DNA of 38,485 nt, taken from NCBI GenBank assembly GCA_016969615.1, contig GCA_016969615.1_4548.1, one strand, 5' to 3'. Within the stretch, counting starts at the first letter, position 1. Every line of letters starts with the position of its first letter. Origin of the DNA: a phage. The notes below the pieces were generated by a model. The model was not told the origin of the DNA and searched no databases. It saw only the letters and a program-made list of their open reading frames with translations. Below are positions 18,102 through 27,796 of the stretch, one piece after another. The position numbers and the translations under genes were made by a program.

Positions 18102-20272
18102 TAGTGACACTCCTTCCACGTTGGTCCAATCTTACCTTCGGTATCAAGGACACATTTAAAGTTATAGAACTCACCCACCTTACGCATAGCAAGTTGAGCA
18201 ATCTTGACGACTTCTTCGGCAATCTCCTGAGTACGACACGCAATCTGTAGCTCATCGTGAACCCAAGCCATGTACGCGAAGTCTCCTTCCCAGCCGTGGA
18301 CATACCCGGCCTCTTCGAGCATACGCTCGGTCTCGACAATCCAGTGCTTACATACTACAGCACCATCACCCTGAAGTAGTGCGTTAAGTGCTGAGTGTGG
18401 CGACCGGATGTGAATGCGGCGACCATCCAGACCTTTAAGCCAGCGACGTTTCCACTTCACGATGTTCTCACCATCTACCCACTTCGACTCTGAGATGAGC
18501 GTGTTCTGCACAGCCTCTCGCAGGTCCTTGATAGCTGGTGTACCCTCAATGAATTTCTTCATCAGGGCCGCACCTTCCTTCTTACCACCGCCAACTATCA
18601 GTCCAATCTTAGCGGCCCCCGCACCATACAGGAACGCATAGATGAACGTCTTGGCGTTATTACGGAAAGCATCGTGGTCATGGCTCGACTTGTCGCGTGG
18701 GACGTTAGGTGCTAACCCAGCGTTGACTGCGTTGGCCCAGTGGATGTCACCTTCGACCACAGTCTTCGCATAGTCGCCACCATCAAACGGAGCAGCTCGG
18801 TTTCCCAGACAACGAAGCTCAAGACCAGAAGCATCCACGCCCACTTGAATCCAAGGGTCTGGCTTACCGTCCTTCTTGTTCCACGCTGCACCGAAAGCAC
18901 CACGGCAAGTCTCACCATACGGAGCACCGTTAGCCGGGACCTGAGCCATGTTTGGAGAACTATGTGTCGCACGTCCGGTTACTGCTCCACAAGGGTTGAT
19001 TGAACCGTGCATACGTCCGTCTGGACCTACAAGTTTCAACCATGCGTTCTTACCTTCAGCCGCCTGACCGATGCGCTTCTGGACCACCAGATACTCACGG
19101 ACCAGCTCTACGCAAGCCTGAGCCTCTGCGTCTGGTAACTTAACGTGTTCTAACGTCTCGTCATCGACTACAGGTTTCCCGGTGTCAGTGAAGTCCACAG
19201 GCTCCCAGCCACGCTCCATCAGGACTTTCGCTAAGTGGTCTCCGCTTCCCGGATTAAACTCAACGTAAGTGATTGGCGTGAATGGTGCTCCTTCCATCGT
19301 GTCACGCGTATCGCGTTCACAAGGTTCAAGACCTAAGCGTTGAGCTTTGTTCTTCGGCTTCTTAAAGATGCCACCGACCTTAGGATACACGACTCTAGGA
19401 TACTTCGGAAGGTCCTTACCTGTCCGTGGATGTCTGAAGAACTCCTTGCCTCCCTTCGGTGCATACCAGCTACCGAAAGTCGAGCGCAGCTTGTCCAGCA
19501 ACTCCGCACGCTTGACGGTGAGTTCACGATATAAGCCTTCGACCATCTCGGTGTTCATCGGATAGCCGTTACGTTCCATCTTCGCACAGGTCCACGCAGC
19601 ATCATGTTCCAGACGCAACGCATAAATCTGGTCGAAAGCAAACTGTTCAGACTGGAAGTAATACTTGTCAGTCAGGAACTTCTTGAACAACGCCAGTGTT
19701 ACCACAACGTCCTGAACGTTATAGTCCAGCATCTCCTGAGATGGGAACAACCATTCGTCCCCAGACTTATATTCGATACCTTCGTCCTTGCACTTGGCAA
19801 CGTAATCGTGTTTGTACTCACCCTTCATTTCACCGAGACGATAGCCCCAAGCCTCAAGAGACTGACGGCCCATCATATTAGGTGGCAGGCGTCCAGCTTT
19901 CACAGCACCCATGTCTGAGAACTTAATGTTGGGATACATCAAGCGACCCAACACCAAGGTATCAATCATCTTGTGTTTCGGGAAGTTAAAGCGTTTCCCG
20001 AAGTACAAACGCTTCAGCTTGTCGATAGCTGGGATGTCATAGTTGATACCGTTATGGAAGACCAGCATACCCGTAGGCGTTGCAGCAATTTCTTCCACCT
20101 TCTGTACATACTCTTTGAAGCCACCGACGATACCGACCATCGGCGCTGCCCCATACTTAAGGGTCTCATTCGACTCGGCATTAATCAGGACCCCACAATG
20201 GAACTGGGACACGGTGTCAAGGAGACCGTTTGTCTCGATGTCCGAACCCCAAATATCCTTAAGGTCAAACAT
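18101..20272 (-). CDS. gp5: DNA polymerase
   Basis: 723 aa; N-terminus MFDLKDIWGSDIETNGLLD and many blocks align with T7 gp5; no sign of an intron or intein. Confidence 0.95.
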   Translation of the reverse strand: MFDLKDIWGSDIETNGLLDTVSQFHCGVLINAESNETLKYGAAPMVGIVGGFKEYVQKVEEIAATPTGMLVFHNGINYDIPAIDKLKRLYFGKRFNFPKHKMIDTLVLGRLMYPNIKFSDMGAVKAGRLPPNMMGRQSLEAWGYRLGEMKGEYKHDYVAKCKDEGIEYKSGDEWLFPSQEMLDYNVQDVVVTLALFKKFLTDKYYFQSEQFAFDQIYALRLEHDAAWTCAKMERNGYPMNTEMVEGLYRELTVKRAELLDKLRSTFGSWYAPKGGKEFFRHPRTGKDLPKYPRVVYPKVGGIFKKPKNKAQRLGLEPCERDTRDTMEGAPFTPITYVEFNPGSGDHLAKVLMERGWEPVDFTDTGKPVVDDETLEHVKLPDAEAQACVELVREYLVVQKRIGQAAEGKNAWLKLVGPDGRMHGSINPCGAVTGRATHSSPNMAQVPANGAPYGETCRGAFGAAWNKKDGKPDPWIQVGVDASGLELRCLGNRAAPFDGGDYAKTVVEGDIHWANAVNAGLAPNVPRDKSSHDHDAFRNNAKTFIYAFLYGAGAAKIGLIVGGGKKEGAALMKKFIEGTPAIKDLREAVQNTLISESKWVDGENIVKWKRRWLKGLDGRRIHIRSPHSALNALLQGDGAVVCKHWIVETERMLEEAGYVHGWEGDFAYMAWVHDELQIACRTQEIAEEVVKIAQLAMRKVGEFYNFKCVLDTEGKIGPTWKECH

Positions 20273-20298
20273 GGTTAATCCTCCGCTTTAGTCTAATC

Positions 20299-20335
20299 GT
20301 AAAGGCCACTCGCTGTGAATGACCTTGAGTCTAGA
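20299..20335 (-). promoter_or_regulatory. Conserved leader element, probable RNase III-type processing hairpin upstream of gene 5
   Basis: minus TAGACTCAAGGTCATT-loop-AGTGGCCTTTA; stem AAGGUCA/UGGCCUU with one G-U; near-identical element at 36981..37020. Confidence 0.5.
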
Positions 20336-20336
20336 C

Positions 20337-20501
20337 CTAGAAGTCTGTACGCAAGAAGTGATACATAAACTTCCGGTTAGCTCTCTTCCACGCCGCAGAG
20401 TTGAACCGCTGGTCTCCCAGAATGTTCGACAGGCAGGTTGCTTCATCGCTCCACCATTTATACATGAACCGATGGTATCGAGCTTTAAGTTTTCTTAGCA
20501 A
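20337..20501 (-). CDS. Small basic hypothetical protein (gene 4.x position)
   Basis: GGAGGAG immediately after gp4 stop, TTG at 20501 (ATG alternative 20465); R/K/W/Y-rich; start uncertain. Confidence 0.45.
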   Translation of the reverse strand: MLRKLKARYHRFMYKWWSDEATCLSNILGDQRFNSAAWKRANRKFMYHFLRTDF

Positions 20502-20512
20502 TGTACTCCTCC

Positions 20513-22216
<1,704 letters not shown>

Positions 22217-22267
22217 TCACTCCTTAATCACAAATGCGAACAAAGGGACAGGACTCACGGTCCCATC

Positions 22268-22285
22268 CCTAAGGTGATAGTTTAG
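22268..22285 (-). promoter_or_regulatory. Variant phage promoter upstream of gene 4
   Basis: minus CTAAACTATCACCTTAGG, two mismatches to the core (CACTATAGG to CACCTTAGG); contains the stop of the upstream small gene. Confidence 0.55.
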
Positions 22286-22497
22286 GCTTTGAAGAACTGA
22301 GACAACTGGTCAGCTTTGGTGTCAGCCTGACACGCCTTCATGCCAGCTTCCAGTGACGCGATTCTCAGCTTGTCAGCCAGAGCAGCAGCATCAGCCGCAC
22401 CGTCAGCAGTCTTCTCTGCTACCTTTCGTTCCATAACCGCAGCACGACGATAACCACGCACCACCAGACGGCCAAGAAATTCGATAAGTTTAATCAT
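22282..22497 (-). CDS. Hypothetical 71-aa helical protein (gene 3.8 position)
   Basis: ATG 22497 after AAAGGAGAA (6 nt); MIKLIEFLGRLVVRGYRRAAV...; track ORF extends upstream from GTG into gp3.5. Confidence 0.55.
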   Translation of the reverse strand: MIKLIEFLGRLVVRGYRRAAVMERKVAEKTADGAADAAALADKLRIASLEAGMKACQADTKADQLSQFFKA

Positions 22498-22520
22498 TGA
22501 GTGTTCTCCTTTAGAGTTTA

Positions 22521-22982
22521 TTAACCGTGGTCGGAAGTGACCAGTTCGTCGGTGGACAGCCAGCGTTGCAAGTCGAAACTTGGACACGCCTTTGGTGCTA
22601 CGTCATGGTGTGCTTTGATTTCTGCCTGAGGATACAGGGCCTTCAGGTCAGCCAGCTTGTTGCGCAGGGAGTTCATCTGGGCCGGAGTGAAGTTAGCTTC
22701 AAACTTGCCCTTAGCGTCAATTCCACCTACAAGGCAGACGCCTACAGACCGTGAGTTCCAGTCCTTAACATGTGACCCTACGACATTGACCGGGCGACCC
22801 TCTTCCACAGTACCATCGCGCTTGATGATAAAGTGGTAGCCTACGTCCAGCCAGCCTTGCTGCTTATGCCACATACGGATGGTCTCCACCCCGATGTCCA
22901 TCTCTGGCTTGGTAGCCGAACAGTGAACGAATATAGCGTCAGTCCGGGACCGTGGGTTGAATTGCACCTTACTCACCATCAT
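22521..22982 (-). CDS. gp3.5: Lysozyme (N-acetylmuramoyl-L-alanine amidase), RNA polymerase inhibitor
   Basis: DAIFVHCSATKP, WHK.QGWLDVGYHFIIKRDGTVE, VGVCLVGGID.KGKF.ANFTPAQM, HH.VAPKACPSFDL match T7 lysozyme. Confidence 0.93.
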   Translation of the reverse strand: MMVSKVQFNPRSRTDAIFVHCSATKPEMDIGVETIRMWHKQQGWLDVGYHFIIKRDGTVEEGRPVNVVGSHVKDWNSRSVGVCLVGGIDAKGKFEANFTPAQMNSLRNKLADLKALYPQAEIKAHHDVAPKACPSFDLQRWLSTDELVTSDHG

Positions 22983-23193
22983 ACACCACCAGCTCTACAG
23001 CTACGAGGTTCAGATGACGTTGGAAGCGGTTAGCATCCGTGGTGTGCATCTGGAGTAACTTATGGTTGAAGACGTGGGAGTTACTAATCTTCACGTACAC
23101 TTCACCCGGCTTACCGTGGACGATAAACGCATAGCCTACCGGGATTTTATCAATGGTCAGACGCTTACGAACGACCTTAACTTCCTGAGTCAT
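22969..23193 (-). CDS. Hypothetical 74-aa protein between genes 3 and 3.5
   Basis: ATG 23193 after AAAGGAG (7 nt), overlaps gp3 stop; no counterpart at this position in T7. Confidence 0.5.
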   Translation of the reverse strand: MTQEVKVVRKRLTIDKIPVGYAFIVHGKPGEVYVKISNSHVFNHKLLQMHTTDANRFQRHLNLVAVELVVYDGE

Positions 23194-23645
23194 CACTTAA
23201 CTCCTTTCTTCTTCGGGATGAGTATACCGGAAGGCAGACGTACAGTCGCCTCTCGCAGCCACTCGACCGGGATGAACTTATCGGCATACTTATAGCCGTT
23301 CTTTTCGCACCATGCGCCATACGTGGTTGGAGACCCTTTGTATAGCTTGGAGCGGGAACTTGAGAACACGAACCGGATGTCTAACTCTGGGTGCTGTTCT
23401 CGTATCAGAAGGTGCTTCTTACGGTCATCACTGTCGAAGATACCTTTGGTCTCCACGATGATACCGTTGGGAAGGATAAAGTCTGGTGTATACTTGTGGT
23501 CGGAAGCCGGAATCACATAGTTGATATAATGGCTTTCGTACTCCGCTTTGACGCCGTTGTGTTCCAGCCACTGCTGGTTCTTGGCTTCAAGTCCAGAGCG
23601 GTAGGCACCCACAGAGTGCCCCCGTTTTGCAGACCATTGGGCCAC
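23193..23645 (-). CDS. gp3: Endonuclease I (Holliday junction resolvase)
   Basis: YVIPAS.H.YTPDF.LPNGI.VETKG, DDRKKHLLIREQHPELDIR.VFSSSR.KLYKGSPT.YG match T7 gp3; GTG start overlapping gp2.5 stop. Confidence 0.93.
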   Translation of the reverse strand: MAQWSAKRGHSVGAYRSGLEAKNQQWLEHNGVKAEYESHYINYVIPASDHKYTPDFILPNGIIVETKGIFDSDDRKKHLLIREQHPELDIRFVFSSSRSKLYKGSPTTYGAWCEKNGYKYADKFIPVEWLREATVRLPSGILIPKKKGVK

Positions 23646-24343
23646 TAGAAGTCGTAATCGCCACCAGAGCTGGAGTCGTCACCACCTTCGGAACCATCGT
23701 CACCGAAGTCATCATCACCGAAGTCACCATCAGTTGACGCTTTGTAGCCAGTACCGAGGTCTTCATCATCACCCCAGCCACCATCGCCACCAGCACCATC
23801 ACCTTTCCACTCCTTCAGTTCTACCAGAAGGCAGGACTCAAGCTGAAGCTTAACGCTTGCACCAGTCGCAGCGTTCCACTTAAACGGCAGGACTTTAAAC
23901 TTGACCTTCAGCTTAGACCCAGCGCCAATATTCGGGACGTCACGGATGAGTTTAGCATCGGTGTCGTAGAACCGCAATACGATAGGCTCGGACTTGCCGT
24001 CTTTCAGGTAAGACGCAAAGCATTTAAACTTCAGGGTAACAGTACCGTCACCATTCTCAATCCACGGCATGTCGCCTTCACGCGGCTCGATAGGCTTCTT
24101 GCCACGCTGAACCTGAGGTGGGTTCTTCTCGTGGTCTGCGAGTGCTTTCGCATACGCATCGTCGTGAATCTTCTGTAAGACATCAATCATCTTACGGACC
24201 TTCGGGTTGCCAAGGTCGAATGTAAGGTTAACCTTATGCTCACCACGCTCATTAAACTTGGTGTCTGCTTTGTTCAGCCATGCGTAAGGCTCAACGATAC
24301 CAGCTACCGGAGTGGTGAAAGTCTTCAGTTGCTCTTTAGCCAT
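23645..24343 (-). CDS. gp2.5: Single-stranded DNA-binding protein
   Basis: 232 aa (same as T7 gp2.5); acidic C-terminal tail ending DYDF. Confidence 0.93.
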   Translation of the reverse strand: MAKEQLKTFTTPVAGIVEPYAWLNKADTKFNERGEHKVNLTFDLGNPKVRKMIDVLQKIHDDAYAKALADHEKNPPQVQRGKKPIEPREGDMPWIENGDGTVTLKFKCFASYLKDGKSEPIVLRFYDTDAKLIRDVPNIGAGSKLKVKFKVLPFKWNAATGASVKLQLESCLLVELKEWKGDGAGGDGGWGDDEDLGTGYKASTDGDFGDDDFGDDGSEGGDDSSSGGDYDF

Positions 24344-24386
24344 CGGTGTAAATCTCCTAATTTAAAGTTACGAACTGGACGTCTGT

Positions 24387-24404
24387 CCTACAGTGATAGT
24401 TTAG
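24387..24404 (-). promoter_or_regulatory. Phage RNA polymerase promoter core upstream of gene 2.5
   Basis: minus CTAAACTATCACTGTAGG (one mismatch). Confidence 0.75.
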
Positions 24405-24559
24405 GTCTCAGGACGAATCCGTCCGACCACAAACCCTGCATCCTCATACTCTTGGGACTTCAGGGTAGCCTCTTCAAGAGACTTTGCGTACACCGGAACC
24501 TCGAAGGACTGAACGCGACCCTCAAGCTCCACGATGTATTTCTTCTCAACCTCAGTCAT
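24401..24559 (-). CDS. gp2: Host RNA polymerase inhibitor Gp2
   Basis: 52 aa [52 protein letters not shown]; the SFEVP.YA..L.EA......Y..AGF.V.R.RP block matches T7 Gp2; RBS GGAAGGAG; below ORF-track cutoff. Confidence 0.75.
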   Translation of the reverse strand: MTEVEKKYIVELEGRVQSFEVPVYAKSLEEATLKSQEYEDAGFVVGRIRPET

Positions 24560-24637
24560 AAACCGCGCTCCTTCCAATGGTTATATAACGTAATGTAGTC
24601 CGGGTTGAGAGTCTTCTCATACATCTCCCGGCACCAC

Positions 24638-24973
24638 TCACTCGGCAGCATAGCACTTACCTTTATGCAGGTCGAACAGCTCCTGATAGAAGGCTGCTTT
24701 GTTCAGGTCCTTCTCCATAGTAGCCAGCTCTGACTTCTTGCCAGCCCGGAGTCGATACTTCAGGACGTTACCCATGCAGAACCCACGGAACTCACTCACA
24801 GTCATTGACCGTGCGATAATCTCAATGGATTCCACGCCGTCAAAGACCTGATAGTGGGACGGCTTGCGTACCCCGTCATCTTTACTACACTCGGCGCTGA
24901 CTCTAAGAACAGCACCGCAGTCGCACGGACCGGAGCTAAGGACTGAGCGGCACAACCCATGGTGCTTAGTCAT
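24638..24973 (-). CDS. Cys-rich small protein with DUF3310-like C-terminal motif (gene 1.7 position, much shorter than T7 gp1.7)
   Basis: 111 aa; RBS GAAGGAGG; N-terminal C..C.C...C cluster; HYQ...GVESIEII...GNVLKYRLRAGKK resembles the DUF3310 signature as I recall it. Confidence 0.55.
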   Translation of the reverse strand: MTKHHGLCRSVLSSGPCDCGAVLRVSAECSKDDGVRKPSHYQVFDGVESIEIIARSMTVSEFRGFCMGNVLKYRLRAGKKSELATMEKDLNKAAFYQELFDLHKGKCYAAE

Positions 24974-25226
24974 TGATCACCTCCTTCATGAACTCAACGA
25001 ACAGACGAACTCGGGGCCACTTGGTGTAGACCACGGGTACATTGGTCTCACACTTCTGGCGAGCCTCTTCAGCTTTGCCCGGAGTAATCAGAGCGTAGAC
25101 TGTAGGTGACAGCTTAACGGCCTTCCCGAAGTATCCGAGCTTCTCGTTACGATTAATGCAAGCGAACGGGTTGTTGGACAGGTGGAAGGTATTGGAATAA
25201 CGGTTGAACATTAAGTTCTTAGACAT
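24966..25226 (-). CDS. Hypothetical 86-aa protein (gene 1.5/1.6 position)
   Basis: first ORF after a phage promoter; RBS TAAGGAGA; no domain recognised. Confidence 0.55.
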   Translation of the reverse strand: MSKNLMFNRYSNTFHLSNNPFACINRNEKLGYFGKAVKLSPTVYALITPGKAEEARQKCETNVPVVYTKWPRVRLFVEFMKEVIND

Positions 25227-25254
25227 AGAGTCTCCTTAGGTTGTTGATGGTTGT

Positions 25255-25272
25255 CCTATAGTGATAGCTTAG
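25255..25272 (-). promoter_or_regulatory. Phage RNA polymerase promoter core after the ligase gene
   Basis: minus CTAAGCTATCACTATAGG (one mismatch). Confidence 0.75.
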
Positions 25273-25291
25273 GTCCAGCTGGTGGCCCAGA

Positions 25292-25325
25292 CGCAAAGAA
25301 ACCCAGCAGTCCTAAGACCACTGGG
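25292..25325 (-). terminator. TE-like intrinsic terminator after the ligase gene
   Basis: minus RNA CCCAGUGGUC-UUAG-GGACUGCUGGG (10-bp stem, two G-U) followed by UUUCUUUGCG; 12 nt after the ligase stop, as T7 TE follows gene 1.3. Confidence 0.65.
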
Positions 25326-25336
25326 TTGACATTTAG

Positions 25337-26458
25337 TTAGCTCTTAATGGTCGGGTTATCTTCCGTCCCGCGCCAGCACTTGAAGCTAGGGTGACGTAAG
25401 GAACCATCTGGTGTCATCTCCATGTAGGAGACTTCGCATTGATGTCCTTTGTAGGGGTTCACATCCTCAAGACATTCCTCACCACATTCTTCCCGCTCAA
25501 TATCAGTCATGCAGTCATTCCAAATATAGGCACGTTCAGCTTCAACCGCTTCGGTGAACTCATCCATCAGAGCCTGAGAGATATTGTTAGCAGCAACTAC
25601 CATACCGTTCTCAAGCAGTACGTCGAACCCAATCACCTTACCTTCGTTGGCGAGACCTTTCGTCCCCCAATTCAGTCCTACCACGGTACCATCAATGGTG
25701 TTCTCCGGCTTCATCTTCCACATACCAGACTTCTTGCCACGCTTATATTTACCCAGCGGGTCCTTGACTACCAGACCCTCGTGTCCTTCCAGACGCTTCT
25801 CTTCATATAGGGAGTTGAGCGACTCAAGGTCATAGACCGTGTGTGACTCAGACAGAACCCAGTCGATTTCCGGGAGGTATTTCTGGAGGAGAGGGACGAT
25901 AGCTTCGGCCTTCAGGCGGGTTACGCTATGGATAGGACCTTCGGCTTTCTGGTCGAGGATGACGTTAAGGTCGATGATACCATAGACGACCACGCGGATG
26001 TGGTCTGTTGCCAGATGGAAAGGGACCTTATGCTTCTTCTTGGTGTCGATGTCAGCATCTGGGTTGCCATTCCAAGCGTAGTTCTTAGTGTCTGACCACA
26101 TGGTACGGACTAGACCTGAGGAAGTGTTGAAGTCGGTTGCAGGAACCATGACCTCACCGTCAATCATCAGGCCCGTACCTTCGTAGCCAGCCTGTTTAAG
26201 GAACCATCGCCAGTATCCACAGTTTGTTAATTCGGTAGGACTCCCACGTTCTGACTTCAGATGCTGAAGCGCTGGAAGCTCTTTGGACTCACGGCTTAAC
26301 CATTGAGTCTCACCAGTAGGGAAGACCGGAAGGTTCAACCGGACACCGTCATACTTCACTTCAGCTTCCAGAGACCCGGCTGCTTCCAGTGCCTTCTTAA
26401 TGCCAGACTCAGAGTAATCTACAGCGCGGTGCGGGTGGGTCTTGATGGTAGTAGTCAT
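25337..26458 (-). CDS. gp1.3: ATP-dependent DNA ligase
   Basis: 373 aa; KYDGVR adenylation motif, EGHEGLVVKDP, KRGKKSGMWKMKPE, ETPDGSLRHPSF; aligns with T7 ligase. Confidence 0.95.
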   Translation of the reverse strand: MTTTIKTHPHRAVDYSESGIKKALEAAGSLEAEVKYDGVRLNLPVFPTGETQWLSRESKELPALQHLKSERGSPTELTNCGYWRWFLKQAGYEGTGLMIDGEVMVPATDFNTSSGLVRTMWSDTKNYAWNGNPDADIDTKKKHKVPFHLATDHIRVVVYGIIDLNVILDQKAEGPIHSVTRLKAEAIVPLLQKYLPEIDWVLSESHTVYDLESLNSLYEEKRLEGHEGLVVKDPLGKYKRGKKSGMWKMKPENTIDGTVVGLNWGTKGLANEGKVIGFDVLLENGMVVAANNISQALMDEFTEAVEAERAYIWNDCMTDIEREECGEECLEDVNPYKGHQCEVSYMEMTPDGSLRHPSFKCWRGTEDNPTIKS

Positions 26459-26475
26459 TGATAATATCTCCAGAA

Positions 26476-26763
26476 TTAAAGGAAGCGACCAGTATAGTCG
26501 TTGAACTGTTTGTTAAACCAAGTGGCGACCGCTACGGTCTGCATATCTTCGTCGCGGATACTCGGGTACTCAGTGAAGTCCTTCTCAATGAGGACCTCCC
26601 GTGTGTGGACGTGGATTATAACCGCTCGTACGCAGTATCTGTTCGCCGCCTGGTCGAACCAAGTTCTTACCACTGCGTTGTAATCGGTCTCGGACTGCCA
26701 GTTGTTGATGGACTGACGCAGAGTGTTCAGGTTGCCACTATGTGCTCTTGAGAACATGCCCAT
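26476..26763 (-). CDS. gp1.2: gp1.2-like protein (host dGTPase inhibitor family)
   Basis: 95 aa; MG...SGNL N-terminus and W.D/CVR/DED blocks resemble T7 gp1.2; position after gene 1.1. Confidence 0.65.
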   Translation of the reverse strand: MGMFSRAHSGNLNTLRQSINNWQSETDYNAVVRTWFDQAANRYCVRAVIIHVHTREVLIEKDFTEYPSIRDEDMQTVAVATWFNKQFNDYTGRFL

Positions 26764-26766
26764 ACT

Positions 26767-26946
26767 TTACGCTCCTACGAAATACTTCTCTTGGTTAACC
26801 ATAGATTCTTTACCTTCAGCGTTACGGAAAGCGCCCTTGATACCACCGCCACGCTTGGTCTTGTTCAGCTTGCGGCCCTTCGGGATGTAGCCTTCAGTCT
26901 GCCGACGTTCACGGATGCGCTCGAAGTTGATAGTATTCTGATACAT
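26767..26946 (-). CDS. gp1.1: gp1.1-like small basic protein
   Basis: 59 aa; contains KGRKLNKTKR, as in T7 gp1.1; first ORF after a phage promoter; below ORF-track cutoff. Confidence 0.6.
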   Translation of the reverse strand: MYQNTINFERIRERRQTEGYIPKGRKLNKTKRGGGIKGAFRNAEGKESMVNQEKYFVGA

Positions 26947-27023
26947 ACGGTTAAATCTCCAGTAGTGTTTATTTAGGGTTAATCATGAAGGCAACGACTT
27001 TAAGTCATTACCTTGAGTCTAAT

Positions 27024-27041
27024 CCTATAGTGATAGTTTAG
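27024..27041 (-). promoter_or_regulatory. Phage RNA polymerase promoter core upstream of gene 1.1
   Basis: minus CTAAACTATCACTATAGGATTAGACTCAAGG; followed by the recurring TAGACTCAAGG motif. Confidence 0.85.
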
Positions 27042-27058
27042 GGTATGAATCGTGGTCT

Positions 27059-27505
27059 TTAAGGGAAGACTTGTACCATGCGTTCTTGCTTGGCCTCCTC
27101 ACCATAGACCCGCACCAGCTCGTAGTCGTACTGTATGAGTCCAACAATGTCGCTAAGTCGATACTCAAAGTCTTTCTGAGACCCGTCTACGTGGTGCTGG
27201 TGGATGGTAATGGTGCGCTCAGTCTTCGATACGGTGAAGTTCTTAACGTTCTTACCACAGTTACCCGGTCCAGTCTTGAACTCAGTCGGTTGATACGTGC
27301 CATTGAACAGCGCCATGAACTTGATGCCGACCATACGCTTGACAGTTACAGACGATAGTTGCGTTAGGCGCTTACGCTCTGATTTAGCAAGTTTAACCTT
27401 CAGTCTCTCGTTGTCCTTATCCCGGACCGTTACGGCTCGCTCCAAGTATGCCACCTTCATGCTCAACTCTTTGATTTGTGCTTTAAGTTTTGACTTACCG
27501 AACAT
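27059..27505 (-). CDS. Hypothetical 148-aa protein with basic coiled-coil-like N-terminus
   Basis: RBS AGAGGT (7 nt) then ATG; lies between gene 1 and the gene 1.1 promoter where T7 has no gene. Confidence 0.7.
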   Translation of the reverse strand: MFGKSKLKAQIKELSMKVAYLERAVTVRDKDNERLKVKLAKSERKRLTQLSSVTVKRMVGIKFMALFNGTYQPTEFKTGPGNCGKNVKNFTVSKTERTITIHQHHVDGSQKDFEYRLSDIVGLIQYDYELVRVYGEEAKQERMVQVFP

Positions 27506-27583
27506 AGGGTTAACCTCTTCTGTGTTGGATTAAAGTGAATACTGCGAGTGCTCCCATCCACAGGGACAGCAACTGTAGGTCTG

Positions 27584-27784
27584 TCATTTGGTAGCCTCCT
27601 CTTTAAGAGCTTGCTCGTGTGTCTGCTTAACCAGCTTAACCAGCCACTTGAATGTTACGTTAAGCCGCTTTGACAGCTCTGTAGGGATGATCGTGGTCTT
27701 CACCAGACCCTTACCATTGTGCTCTGTTACGGTCACTATTTGAGTCCCACCATTAACGCCTGTCTGCTTGTGTGCAAATTTCAT
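27584..27784 (-). CDS. Hypothetical 66-aa protein just after the RNA polymerase gene
   Basis: RBS CAGGAGAGAG 12 nt after gene 1 stop; stop overlaps (ATGA) a further 25-codon hydrophobic ORF (27510..27587). Confidence 0.55.
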   Translation of the reverse strand: MKFAHKQTGVNGGTQIVTVTEHNGKGLVKTTIIPTELSKRLNVTFKWLVKLVKQTHEQALKEEATK

Positions 27785-27796
27785 AACTCTCTCCTG

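Noticed and set aside
18088-18339. 83-aa ORF inside the 3' end of the DNA polymerase gene
   Set aside because: Alternative frame within gp5; no RBS
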